A program made the translations under genes and the position numbers. Shown in pieces: positions 22,488-32,796 of a DNA stretch of 64,000 bases (its first letter is position 1; each line of letters opens with the position of its first letter). This stretch comes from Myxococcota bacterium (GTDB lineage Bacteria; Myxococcota_A; UBA9160; UBA6930). The DNA lies in assembly GCA_965223705.1 (NCBI GenBank), contig OZ245015.1, positions 3,616,001 through 3,680,000 of the forward strand. The letters are read 5' to 3'. The notes under the pieces are model-generated. The model was not told where the DNA came from. It saw nothing but the letters and a program-made list of their open reading frames with translations, and did no database searches.

Positions 22488-22764
22488 CGTAAATCCCAAG
22501 GGGGCGACAGTGCCGCCGCCGACCGCCGTCGACTCCTGGGCGTACAGCTCTTGTCAGACTGCAACAGCGACCCGATACCCAAGCGACTTGCACGCGGCGC
22601 CTAACTCAATTGAGGTGGGTTCGGCCTTCTTGACGTCCTCGTCTTTGGCCAGTGCGTACTTTTCTTCCTTCTTCTCGGGTTTCTTGTCCGGCGGATTCGG
22701 GGGAGGGAGTCGTGGACTCCAACCCCGTTCTTCCTTCTTTCGCCCGTTCGGGTGGAAGTCTTCC

Positions 22765-22980
22765 TTGCCCGAAAGGGGCTGCGGGTTCCACGGGATACAA
22801 GCGTCGAACTTACGCACGTGCGTGCGCCTGCGCTTTCAGGTTGCGCGGGCCCGGGCTCTCCTCTTGTTCAGCGAACCCGAGAAACTGCAGTAAGAACTGA
22901 ACTGTCCGACGTGGCGGCGGGGTCTTCGACTTGGGAACGTCTGACTTGCGCACTGGGAGCACCTGCACTTTCTGGTGCGC
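22765..22980 (+). repeat. Two tandem copies of the junction hairpin repeat family
   Basis: 22765-22846 (divergent) and 22897-22980 (TGAACTGTCCGACGTGGCGGCGG...GCGCAC..GTGCGC). Confidence 0.75.
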
Positions 22981-23028
22981 GGCGCAGGCGGAGGAGGATC
23001 GCTCATCAACCGTTCGTATCTTGAACGA

Positions 23029-24381
23029 GTGATCGGCACGACTAACATCTCCCCCAACTGTTTCCACGCCGAGGTACCCATCGTGTCCGCCAACACCACC
23101 CAAGTTCGATGGGACGAAACAGGGCAGCCCGTCTGCGACTGGCAGTACGAGTTGTCGCACGGCCTTGCGGAGCTTGATTGGCGCGCGTTGGGTGACCGGT
23201 TCGTCTCAGAAATACTTCGGAGTGTCGCTGCAAGCACCGGAGCTACCGGTAACAGCAAGAGCGAGCGACGCTTTGACCCTGACAGACGGGGACGTAGGGA
23301 TCGCCAGATCGCCCTGACACTTTCAGAGTGTTCGCTGACTTCAAGTCTCTACCTGGTAGTTCTGAAGGACAAGCATTTCGCTGCGATGGTGATCGGCGCT
23401 GGAACCGAACAAAATGATCAGATCACACCCTGGGCCAAGGCTCTTGCGGAGGCCCTAGACGATCTGACCAAAGACGAAGCCGAACACGACTGGTGGGCGA
23501 TTCTCGACCGTCAGCAGTACAGAACTCCACGATTCATCTCGCGACCCATGTCAGTTGGCAGCCTCACCCTTCGCTCTTGCCCCTACCTGGTAGAAGAACC
23601 GGTCCCCGGAAGCCGAGAAATGATCCTGGCCACAATCAGACGCTGGAACCCGGTGCGGGTAGAGGGGAGTTCCAGGGGATTTACAACTGCTGTGGGAATG
23701 ACATCGGCAACCAGGGACCTATGCCGGCTGTGCGCACTTTTAACCGTGGCTGACGTGGACGACACTGCTTGGACGCTCCGGCAAAGTCCACGCCCGGCAG
23801 GCTGGGAACCACGAGAGTTGGACCGCTCTTCGCTTCGGATCGCCCAAGAGGAATCAGCTTCGCGGGACGAGCTCGCTTTTCCTGACTGGATGTCAGAAGC
23901 GTGGGTAGATCTTTCCAAGGACGCCGGACTCGACAGGCTGGTGGATGGCTACTACGAGGGTTGTCTCCTCGAGCGAACACACCCCTCCTACTCACTTGTC
24001 GCATTCACTTCTGTCTCAGAGAAGATCGGTGAGCGCTTGTTTGAAACACCCCGGGTAGAGAACTGTGCCAATTGCGAGAAACCGCTGGCGAACTCCCGCG
24101 TCCAGTTGCTGGAGAAGGCGTTCGCTCGTGTTATGAGTCGAAAGGAAGCACGTAGACTCAAAGAAGACGTCTACCGGCCTCGCTCGATCACAGCTCATTC
24201 GGGGCGAACACTTGGGCTGGAGTCCTATTTTGGCTCAATCAACACCCTCCAAACCGCATCGCCCGTATACGATCTCCATTCCTTTGGCTTCACAGTCTTC
24301 CGTGCGAAGGAGGCAGCAAGGAAGCTGCTTACTGGCCTATTGGACCGTACTCTCGAACCACTAGCCGAAAGCCCCACTTAG
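23029..24381 (+). CDS. Putative HEPN-domain (ApeA-like) protein
   Basis: ~450-aa ORF, C-terminal CxxC and RSITAH (RxxxxH); lower GC than neighbours; start uncertain. Confidence 0.6.
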   Translation: MIGTTNISPNCFHAEVPIVSANTTQVRWDETGQPVCDWQYELSHGLAELDWRALGDRFVSEILRSVAASTGATGNSKSERRFDPDRRGRRDRQIALTLSECSLTSSLYLVVLKDKHFAAMVIGAGTEQNDQITPWAKALAEALDDLTKDEAEHDWWAILDRQQYRTPRFISRPMSVGSLTLRSCPYLVEEPVPGSREMILATIRRWNPVRVEGSSRGFTTAVGMTSATRDLCRLCALLTVADVDDTAWTLRQSPRPAGWEPRELDRSSLRIAQEESASRDELAFPDWMSEAWVDLSKDAGLDRLVDGYYEGCLLERTHPSYSLVAFTSVSEKIGERLFETPRVENCANCEKPLANSRVQLLEKAFARVMSRKEARRLKEDVYRPRSITAHSGRTLGLESYFGSINTLQTASPVYDLHSFGFTVFRAKEAARKLLTGLLDRTLEPLAESPT

Positions 24382-24626
24382 CTCTGTGTCAATGCCAAAC
24401 CCTCCGTCCGCACAACCTCCTCGGTAGCTTTGGCAGTCCCCTACTTTGCCTTTCGCCGGCCGAGGTAGGCATCGCGGCGGACATCGGTAAGTTTCCGGGT
24501 TCCCGGAGCGCCGCTTCGGGGGCCCCACGGAACGCGTGCACTTGCAGGTTTCGCGGGGCGGGTGGGGATCCTACTGATTCATGCTTGAGCTCTGGGTTTG
24601 AGCACGCGTCGACATCGAAACTCTGC

Positions 24627-25064
24627 CTACCGCTTTGCGATGCCAACGATGTTGTTCCGAACGATGAACTTGTCCGTCTTCTTGACCATCCCGCCGAAAC
24701 TATTCTTCGCGCCCCATTCGCAGACGACCTCCCAGTGCGATTTGGTGTCCCGGGCCTGACCGCAGCGATAGACGCGGACCGAGTCGGGGTCCGTTACGAG
24801 GCGCCTCAGTCCTCGCTTGATGATCGACGGGCCGGGTTGGTACCCGATCTTCTCGATCAACGCGGCACGGCGCTGTTCCTGGGCGGCACGCTCAGCTTCC
24901 TCCGCTGCTCGACTAGCCGCTTGTTCTCTCATCTTCTGTTGATAGGCCCCGAAGTCGAAGACTTTCTCCTCGTCGTCCTGGGCAGATGCTCCATAGGGCA
25001 GACATGCTAGTCCCAGGGCAAGTACCAGCCCCCTGAATTGGCGCTTCGTCTTGGTTGCGTTCAT
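24627..25064 (-). CDS. Hypothetical exported protein
   Basis: Signal peptide, RBS, L..DPDS...AKNSFGG pattern. Confidence 0.65.
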   Translation of the reverse strand: MNATKTKRQFRGLVLALGLACLPYGASAQDDEEKVFDFGAYQQKMREQAASRAAEEAERAAQEQRRAALIEKIGYQPGPSIIKRGLRRLVTDPDSVRVYRCGQARDTKSHWEVVCEWGAKNSFGGMVKKTDKFIVRNNIVGIAKR

Positions 25065-25287
25065 GTTTCCGTTTCCTTCTTTAATTTTGAATATAACCCC
25101 CTCTAATCAACGTGACTTACGGCTTCTCCCGGTGAGGACTTGAGGCATTAGAGCTGAGAAATGAAGCCCTCCCCCGGGTTCGAGTTGATTTCCGGGCTTC
25201 TCTGCGTATGATTTGCACAGTGAAATTCAAAAACAGTCGGTGCTACAAGCAGCGTGAATTTTCCGCGGTGGTAATTAGAATCCCCGA

Positions 25288-25500
25288 ATGCCGCGGGGTG
25301 GGAGACGTGTGGGAGCCGGAAGGCCGCCGAAGGGGGACGAACCCCTCGAGCCCGTAGATGTATGGGTCAGCCCCAAGACGAAGGCCGCCTACGATGCGGA
25401 GGCCTCACGACGGGGTGTGAGCCGGAGCCAGGTCATGCGCGAGGCACTCGAGAAGCTAGAACCCAAGCGAAGGGCAACCCGCAAGAAGCCCGCGCGCTAG
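25288..25500 (+). CDS. CopG/ribbon-helix-helix DNA-binding protein
   Basis: GGRRVGAGRP then A.RRGVSRSQVMREAL. Confidence 0.75.
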   Translation: MPRGGRRVGAGRPPKGDEPLEPVDVWVSPKTKAAYDAEASRRGVSRSQVMREALEKLEPKRRATRKKPAR

Positions 25501-25515
25501 GCGCGACCCTGCAGA

Positions 25516-26769
25516 TTATTGTTTCTTGTCCTTGGGAACCTGAAGTCGGTGAAGTGCTGCACGAACCGCTCCGTCTTGAAGACGAGCGTACTTCTCGATC
25601 GATCGAGGATCGCGGTGTCCCGCGAGGTGAGCCAATAGCCGGTCATCCGCACCGCGAGCCTTTAGGTGGGTGGCATAGGAGTGCTTCGTGCCTTCGTAGA
25701 GGCTCACGTTGGGTACGCCGGCGCGTTTCGCGGCCGCTTTCCACGTCCGCCGAAGTGCCGTCTCGCTCCACCACCCTTGCTTGCGCCCGTCAGGGTTGAC
25801 GAACAGCGGCCCATCGGGGTCCTCGAGCGTTCGCTCGAGCGGAAGATACTCACCGAACCAGAGATCGAGCGTCAGATCGACCGGGACGACCTTCGCGTTC
25901 CTTGATTTGAGGCCCCGCACAACGCCACCGGTCTTCCGATCTTTCGCCGCTCGCGACACACGGATCGAATCCCCCGCAAGATCCCGCACCCGAAGCACAC
26001 GGGCCTCACTCGGCCGGACCAACCCGTAGGCCATGCACAGGAAGATCCCTCGCTTCGCATCCGGGATTTCGTTCAGGATCTTCTCTTGGATCTCGCTCGA
26101 GACGATGGTCGGCTGGTGCTCGTCCGGTTCGGGCCACGGGAAAGTCGGCACCTTGTAGTCGACGCGCACGTCGCGCGCGATCCAATGAAGGAAGGAGGAG
26201 AACCCCGCCATCACGTTCTTCACTGTCTTCTGTGAAATCCCGTGCTCGGCGAGCCAGAAGCTCCACTCTTCGAGAGAGGCCGTCGTGATCTCGAAGATCG
26301 AGACGTCGCGCCAGTAGGTGAAGTAGGCGCCCTGCTCTCCTTCGAGGCCGGCCCAGCGGCGATACTCGCGGAGGGTGCGCGGTTGGCGCTTCCCGACCTC
26401 GACGCGCTTCTCGAACACCTCAATCCACCGGTGGACCAACGGCTCGATCGCCGACGCCCCTCCCGCTTCGGGTGCTAGTTCAGAGAGCACGTCGTCGAGG
26501 AGTCGTCCCTGCGCGACCGACACTTCGACGTGAGCCAGGAGGGCCTCCGCCATGTCCCGGCTCTCAAACTTGATGCCGCGGAATGAATGGAGAAAGCGAG
26601 GCCCCCACTTCCGCCCGAAGTCGATCCGCCAGGAGCCCTTACGGCTTCCCGGCCTTTCGCGGACTCGGCCCAGCTTTGCCCGCTTTGCGGCCATGTCGGC
26701 CCACGTCTTACCGTGCAGTTGGGAGGCCAGCCAAGCGGAATCTGCAGGATCGGGGCGCCTTTTCCCCAT
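25516..26769 (-). CDS. Tyrosine recombinase/integrase
   Basis: GLVRPSEA (R), LKS (K), YEGTKHS, LAGH, KYA (Y); start uncertain. Confidence 0.9.
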   Translation of the reverse strand: MGKRRPDPADSAWLASQLHGKTWADMAAKRAKLGRVRERPGSRKGSWRIDFGRKWGPRFLHSFRGIKFESRDMAEALLAHVEVSVAQGRLLDDVLSELAPEAGGASAIEPLVHRWIEVFEKRVEVGKRQPRTLREYRRWAGLEGEQGAYFTYWRDVSIFEITTASLEEWSFWLAEHGISQKTVKNVMAGFSSFLHWIARDVRVDYKVPTFPWPEPDEHQPTIVSSEIQEKILNEIPDAKRGIFLCMAYGLVRPSEARVLRVRDLAGDSIRVSRAAKDRKTGGVVRGLKSRNAKVVPVDLTLDLWFGEYLPLERTLEDPDGPLFVNPDGRKQGWWSETALRRTWKAAAKRAGVPNVSLYEGTKHSYATHLKARGADDRLLAHLAGHRDPRSIEKYARLQDGAVRAALHRLQVPKDKKQ

Positions 26770-27203
26770 TCTTCCCACATCGGACGGACGCGGGTTCGGG
26801 TGAACGCGCAAATTCAACGCAACTCGGGGGCAAGAATGTTGCGTCGCGAGAAAGTCCAAAGAAAGGACTTGCTGTGCCCCCGAATGCGAGCGAACAGTGT
26901 GTCGCCTTCCGCATAGCCTCGGGCCGCTCGGCTATGTCTTGCGACCACTCGACACCGAGCGGCCCACTTCGTTGCCTTCGCTGACACCAATCGATGCGGA
27001 CGGGCACTTACTCGGTTGAGCGCTGTGTGCGCGATAGTCCTGCTAGGGCCCATAGGTGGTAACGCAGTCGCCACCGGGCTGTTCGAACCAATCTACGAAG
27101 ATCGTTGGGACAAAACTGCGGTAACCGGGACCAAACGGGTTCACGGAGCCGCGGGGTGTTCCCGTTCGCTCCATGAATCCGAAACGCAAAAAAGGATTCA
27201 ACC

Positions 27204-29207
27204 ATGAGCTATGCGAATTTCGAATCGGGCCCCAAGAGAGCTGCCGTCGTAGGCCCGAGCGGCGTCGAGGATCCTCTCCCGCCTTTCAGTACAGCGTTGC
27301 AGCGCCATCTAGACTGCGGTCACGACCTGATCACTCTTTACCCATGGAACTCGGCTGATGCACACGGACGGGCATTGGGAAAGGTTCCGCGCGGGCGATG
27401 GCGGCAAGTCGACTACACCGATCGCGACATTTTGAAGAACGTCGCCGAGGGTGGAAACACTGGAGTCCGAATCAAAGACGGCTGGGTCGTATTAGACTAT
27501 GACCCTCGAAATGACCCCGACGGGCTTACACCGGACATGCTCGAGCTCGAATATGGATCGTTCCTCGAATCGCTTCCGGGCGTTCGAACCGGCGGCGGGG
27601 GCTGGCATCGATACGCTCGGGTCCCTGAGGGCAGTCGCCTCAGGAGAGAGCATCCCGACTTTCCGGGCCTTGAGATCAAACAAGAAGGCGGCCAAGTCGT
27701 AGCCGCCGGGTCACGTCATCCAAACGGGAGGATGTACCAATGGATCGAAGCATCACCCCGTCTCGCTGGCGATCTTAATACCAGGATGCTTCTTGCGTGG
27801 CGCCGTCCCAAGAGGAACCAAATAGGGCATGAGGGTCCAATCAGCACGACTCGGGCGAAGGCGTGTCTCGATCAGCTCGACGTCCTTGAGTATCGACTTC
27901 ACGACGAATGGTTCGAGCTGATGACTGCATTTCATTCTGCGACCGGTGGATGCCTAGAGGGGCGCGGGATCTTCGAATCGTGGAGCACTGCCGATCCTTT
28001 GTATTCGAGCCATACCGAGCTGATTCGAGAACGTTGGGATTCGCTCGAAGCGAACAAGGCTGGCGGAATAACAGTCGGCACCCTCTTCCATCATGTCCGC
28101 GAGAGAGGCGGCTCAATCCCCGCCCCGGATCCCGAGGAGGTGTTTGATCGAGTTCCGATTGAGAGTCATCAGCCAGAACATGGCAGCGGCGGAATCGTGT
28201 GGGCGAAGGGTATCGCGGAACAACGGATTTCTTGGCTGTGGCGTCCTTGGCTGGCTCGCGGAAAAGCAGCGATCCTCGAAGGCAACCCAGGCCTCGGGAA
28301 GACGACCATAGCCTTGGACTTGTTCGCGCGGCTGTCTACCGGACGAGCCTTTCCCGGGGAGGAAGAGGCTTCCCACCGACCAACCAAAGTTCTCATCGTA
28401 GCCCCGGAAGATACGGTTGAAGATGTCCTCAGGCCCCGCCTTCGCCTCGCCGATGCTGACCTCGGAAGCGTCGGGTTCTACGAATACACGAAGCCGAATG
28501 GGATCGAGGTCCCGGTCACCCTCAGCGTGCTAGGCAGAGTGCTAAACGATGCTCGGAAAGCCGGCGTTGGGTTCGTGTACTTCGACTCGATTATGTCCTT
28601 CATCGGTGGCAACGCTAACACGCACAACGACGCCGGTGTCCGAGAAGTGCTGCATGAGATTGATTGCGGGGTTCGTAGTATTGGTGCCCAGTTCTTGGCG
28701 ACGCGGCACCTCCACAAAGGAGAGAAGTCAATCGCGGCCTTCGCGGGCGGCGGTTCCATCGCGTTCACTGCCTTTGCGCGGTCGGTTCTCCTCTGTGCGA
28801 AGGATCCGAAGCATTGGGACGATCGCAACCGAGGAGTTCTCGCACATACGAAAGGTAATTTGGGTCCGAGCGCTACAAGCCTTCGCTACAGGATCATCGA
28901 GCCCGAACCAAACGTGACCAAGATCGAGTGGCTCGCGACTTGCGACTTGACCGCCGACGAGTTGGTGGCGTACACGCCGGACTCCGAAAAGCGCGGAGAG
29001 GCAAGACGCGCCTGCGGTCAATGGCTGGGGAGGTACTTCTCGGATGGCAAGCGCGAGGTTGCGAGTAACGTGAAGGCTGCAGCGAGGGCTGCCGGACACG
29101 AATGGACAAACTCGACATGGGATCGCGCGCGTAAGGATCGTTTTATTGGCTCGGCGGGGCGGGGACAGACCGCGGTGTGGTTCCTCGAAGAACCCCGCCT
29201 GGGTTAG
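27204..29207 (+). CDS. Prim-Pol plus PriCT plus AAA_25-type helicase replication protein
   Basis: VVLDYDPRN, RTGGGGWHRY, W..WS...ERWDS, WLWRPWL..G, Walker A GNPGLGKT. Confidence 0.88.
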   Translation: MSYANFESGPKRAAVVGPSGVEDPLPPFSTALQRHLDCGHDLITLYPWNSADAHGRALGKVPRGRWRQVDYTDRDILKNVAEGGNTGVRIKDGWVVLDYDPRNDPDGLTPDMLELEYGSFLESLPGVRTGGGGWHRYARVPEGSRLRREHPDFPGLEIKQEGGQVVAAGSRHPNGRMYQWIEASPRLAGDLNTRMLLAWRRPKRNQIGHEGPISTTRAKACLDQLDVLEYRLHDEWFELMTAFHSATGGCLEGRGIFESWSTADPLYSSHTELIRERWDSLEANKAGGITVGTLFHHVRERGGSIPAPDPEEVFDRVPIESHQPEHGSGGIVWAKGIAEQRISWLWRPWLARGKAAILEGNPGLGKTTIALDLFARLSTGRAFPGEEEASHRPTKVLIVAPEDTVEDVLRPRLRLADADLGSVGFYEYTKPNGIEVPVTLSVLGRVLNDARKAGVGFVYFDSIMSFIGGNANTHNDAGVREVLHEIDCGVRSIGAQFLATRHLHKGEKSIAAFAGGGSIAFTAFARSVLLCAKDPKHWDDRNRGVLAHTKGNLGPSATSLRYRIIEPEPNVTKIEWLATCDLTADELVAYTPDSEKRGEARRACGQWLGRYFSDGKREVASNVKAAARAAGHEWTNSTWDRARKDRFIGSAGRGQTAVWFLEEPRLG

Positions 29208-29357
29208 CTCCCCCAACTCAGGTCAGCTGCTGCTAGGGAAACGGGGCCTCCGGCCGCATTGGCGTCTCCCGGCTGGCGACCCGCGCTGGTGCTACTAGGG
29301 GACCATTCCTTCGACACTTGGGGGAGTTAAAGCAACTCACTTCCCATGAGTTGGGGA
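29208..29357. other. Putative replication origin with inverted iterons
   Basis: CTCCCCCAACTCA 29208-29220; TTGGGGGAG 29318-29326; CAACTCA 29333-29339; TGAGTTGGGGA 29347-29357. Confidence 0.45.
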
Positions 29358-29631
29358 ATGGCCCGAGCATCACGTTCGGTTTGGCGGCGCCCGGCAAGGG
29401 TTGGCTGGAGAGGCAGCGAAGGGCGCCAACACTGCCCGTGTCCGCGCCGACGTCGGCCCGTGTGGGGAAGTTATAGCCGGAGGCGACCGCGCCCTACCGC
29501 CAAGGCCGTTCCAGCCTTGCCGCGAAGCAGCAGAAATCTGCTCTTTTACGAAAAATGGATTGAGTTTCTGACGCCCTGGGGTCTGGCCTCGCCGCCCCGT
29601 CATTGATCTAGAACTCTGAATGACAGCGGGT

Positions 29632-30558
29632 CCCTATATACGGAGGACCATCTCGGCCCGCCCGCCTCCCCTCCGAAAAGCAGAGAAAACCTGCTCTTTT
29701 GTGTGAACTGTCCGACGTGGCGGCGGGTTCCTCGGCACACGAGCGTCTCACCTGCGTACCGGAAGCGCGGGTACTTTCCGTTCTGAAGAGCGCCTTCCGC
29801 CTGACGTCGCCCCTGTCCAGCGGGTGGCAGACAACGCGCAACAGTGCTGGAAATCTTGCTGACACATTTTTACGCCTACGACCACGCAAAACGGTCGAAA
29901 GCTCATAAGTCCTCTCGGGGGAAACGGCAACGATTATCTTGGCCCCCGCGGAGGACGCGTGGGGCCGGGCCGGTACCCGAGGTACGCAGCTCGAGAGCTC
30001 TTCTTTGATCTTGGGCCCATCCCCATAACATAGGGGCGCGCGCTAGCGGCCGGCGCCAGCAGGGATCTGCTGCGCGCCCGAGAACCTGTTCTTGTCCTGA
30101 ATGCTCCGACGTGGCAGCAGGTTCCTCGCCTCACAAGCGTCAGACCTGCGCACCGGAAGCGCCCGATATTTTCCGGTGCGCCCGAGGGATGAGGAGCGAA
30201 AGGGAGCGCGCCCTTCGCCTAGCGTTTTTGATGTCGGGCGTTCTGAGAGCGGGGGCTCCTGTTCCCTACATTATAGGGAGCGGCTGGTTCAGCCCACCCG
30301 CCTCCCCTCAGAAGAAGCGGTGAAAACCTGCTCTTTCTGTGAACTGTCCGACGTGGCGGCGGGTTCCTCGCCACACGAGCGTGGCTTACGCGCCGGAGAC
30401 ACCGGTACTTTCCGGTGCGCCCCAGACCGAGGGTCAGACGGCGAAGCAGAGATTCGCTGCTTTTCCGAAACCGGCCCGGCGGTGTCGCGGAAACAAGCAG
30501 CAGAACCCTGCTCCCCGCCTGAATGCTCCGACGTGTCGGCGGCTTACCCGGCGAAGGT
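29632..30558 (+). repeat. Cluster of four junction hairpin repeat copies
   Basis: Cores at ~29703-29780, 30098-30181, 30339-30420, 30520-30558; CCCTA..TAGGG-like palindromes at 29632, 30021, 30263. Confidence 0.85.
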
Positions 30559-30715
30559 CATAGCGCGCGCTACGCGCGCCAAAGACGACGTGGTGCGGTG
30601 ACTTTGCGGCGCACGTTGTAAATTCTACAACTCGAAAAAGGCGGTTCGTACGTTTCCGAGTGGTTTCTCGCGGATGCCACGCGCTGGGCGACACACGGCA
30701 TCGGGCTAACTGATG

Positions 30716-30731
30716 CGGCACAGTTTTTGCT
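30716..30731 (+). promoter_or_regulatory. sigma-54 -24/-12 promoter of gdhA
   Basis: CGGCACAGTTTTTGCT (GG-N10-GC); palindrome GTTGTA-N5-TACAAC at 30615-30631. Confidence 0.75.
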
Positions 30732-30826
30732 CCGAGCCACGACCGGTGTGCGAGGTGTCGCTCTGCGAGGGATGTGCTCGCAGTAAACACAGCACCCGCT
30801 CTGATCGATCGCAGAAAGGAAAGTGG

Positions 30827-32220
30827 ATGGCTGAGAAACACGTCGAGGGGTTCATGAGGGGTCTGCGCAAGCGCAACCCGCACGAAGGCGAGTTTCATCA
30901 AGCGGTCGAGGAAGTCGCTCGATCGGTAATGTCGACGTATTTGGATCGAGAGGACTACCACAAGGCGCAGATTCTGGAGCGTCTGACCGAACCTGACCGC
31001 ATCGTGTCGTTCCGCGTGTCCTGGCAGACAGACGGGGGCGAGATCCGGGCCAACCGCGCATGGCGCGTTCAATTCAATCACGCGTTGGGGCCCTACAAAG
31101 GTGGCCTGCGCTTCCACCCGAGTGTAGATCAGAGCGTCCTCAAGTTTTTGGGTTTCGAGCAGATCTTCAAGAACAGCCTGACAGGTCTTCCCATGGGTGG
31201 TGCCAAGGGAGGATCGAACTTCAACCCGAAGGGCAAGAGCCGAAACGAAGTGATGCGCTTCTGCCAGTCGCTGATGACCGAGCTCCACCGGCATATCGGG
31301 GAGGATACCGATGTACCGGCGGGCGACATCGGTGTCGGGTCGCGCGAGATCAGCTTCCTTTTTGGTCAATATATGCGGCTCGAGAATCGTTGGACGGGCG
31401 TTCTCACCGGAAAAGGCTGTGCCTTCGGCGGGAGCGCCGTGCGAAAAGAAGCGACCGGGTACGGTTGTGTCTATTTCCTAGAGGACATGCTGGAAGAGGT
31501 GGGCGAGGGGATCGAGGGAAAGCGGATCGCCATCAGCGGAAGTGGCAACGTGGCGCTCTACGCCGCGCAAAAGGCGATGGAGAAGGGGGCTCGTGTCGTG
31601 TCGCTGAGTGATTCGAGCGGCTTCGTGCATATCGCTGACGGCCTTAACGAGGAACACTTCGAAGGCGTGCAGCAGCTCAAAGAAGAACGGCAGGGGCGAA
31701 TTTCAGAAATGGCCGACGCATTCGAGGGCGTGGAGTACGTGGAGGGATGCAAGCCGTGGCGGGTGCCCTGCGATATCGCCATGCCCTGCGCCACGCAGAA
31801 CGAGCTGGATGCCGAGGACGCCAAAGCCCTCATCGAAGCGGGCGTCGCGGCGATCTGCGAGGGGGCCAACATGCCGACGACGATCGAAGCCACCGAACTC
31901 TTCGCCAAGGCGGGCGTGCTCCACGCGCCAGGCAAGGCCTCGAATGCGGGTGGCGTCGCGGTGAGCGGGCTCGAGCTCAGCCAGAACGCGATGCGCCTCA
32001 GTTGGTCCCGAGAAGAGGTGGATCAGCGGCTCGTGAAGATCATGGCCGAGATTCACACCCGCTGCGTCGAACACGGGCGCTCGTGAAGATCATGGCCGAG
32101 ATTCACACCCGCTGCGTCGAACACGGGCGCCAAAACGGACGGGTCAATTACATCGATGGCGCCAACATCGCCGGCTTTCTCAAAGTCGCTGATGCCATGC
32201 TCGCGTATGGAGTGGTCTAG
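30827..32220 (+). pseudogene. gdhA: NADP-specific glutamate dehydrogenase, frameshifted by a 50-bp tandem duplication
   Basis: GPYKGGLRFHPSV, GGAKGG, DVPAGDIGVG, EGANMP; 32031-32080 equals 32081-32130; C-terminal GANIAGF in another frame. Confidence 0.92.
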
Positions 32221-32309
32221 AGCACCTAGTTCGTATCTCGACAGTAGTTACTCCCGATCTCTGCGCTGGTTACGTACCGCTGCGTAATGCGATTGCACGT
32301 CACCTCGCT

Positions 32310-32684
32310 GTGTCTCGCGGTGTCAACGCTGGGCCGGAGCAAGTGTTCACAACCGCGGGTGCCGCCCAATCGATCCTTTTGGCTTCAAGGGTTCTGCCCC
32401 AACCTGGCGATCTCGCATGGATGGAAAACCCGGGCTGTCCCGTCGCGGGCGCGGCCCTTCGATTCGCCGGGCTACGCACAACGGAAGTTCCTGTAGACCG
32501 GGAGGGATTGAACCCGAGCGTTTCGCTCGAACTGCCCAAAGCGAGGCTCGTCTACACAACCACCTCTTACCAATACCCGCTTGGCTTTACGATGTCGATC
32601 AAGCGTCGGCTGGATCTACTCGACCGCGCTACCTCCATGCGAGCCTGGATCATCGAGGACGACTACGACGTCGCGTTCCGCTAG
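32310..32684 (+). pseudogene. Internal fragment of a MocR/GabR-type PLP-dependent regulator
   Basis: MENPG, YQYPLGFTMS..RR..LL, WIIEDDYD; no HTH or C-terminus. Confidence 0.8.
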
Positions 32685-32796
32685 CAGGGGCAGCCCTGTG
32701 CCCGCGTTCTGCCCCGAGGCGGGCATCCAGGGAGTGCACTCGACCGAGCGTTATTGATCTCGGCCCCTCGTATATAGGGAGTCCCAGCTGCCTACC

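Larger units (their letters stand above)
20085..22604 (+). pseudogene. Group II intron-like (G2L4-like) reverse transcriptase interrupted by IS481
   Basis: RPIVVA..SRIVQR, SDIVGFF, GVAQGCALS, RYVDDFL, FEFLG; removing the IS and one TSD restores a 434-aa ORF ending at 22604. Confidence 0.88.

Noticed and set aside
20085..22700. Group II intron or retron
   Set aside because: No recognisable domain V/VI after the ORF, YVDD rather than YADD, and no retron VTG motif; judged by eye only
24447..24488. Inverted copy of the junction repeat after the HEPN gene
   Set aside because: Resemblance too gapped to support without an alignment
22752..30601. Protein family with repeated ELSDVAAGSS motif
   Set aside because: These ORFs are translations of the DNA repeat; frames and starts are not conserved between copies
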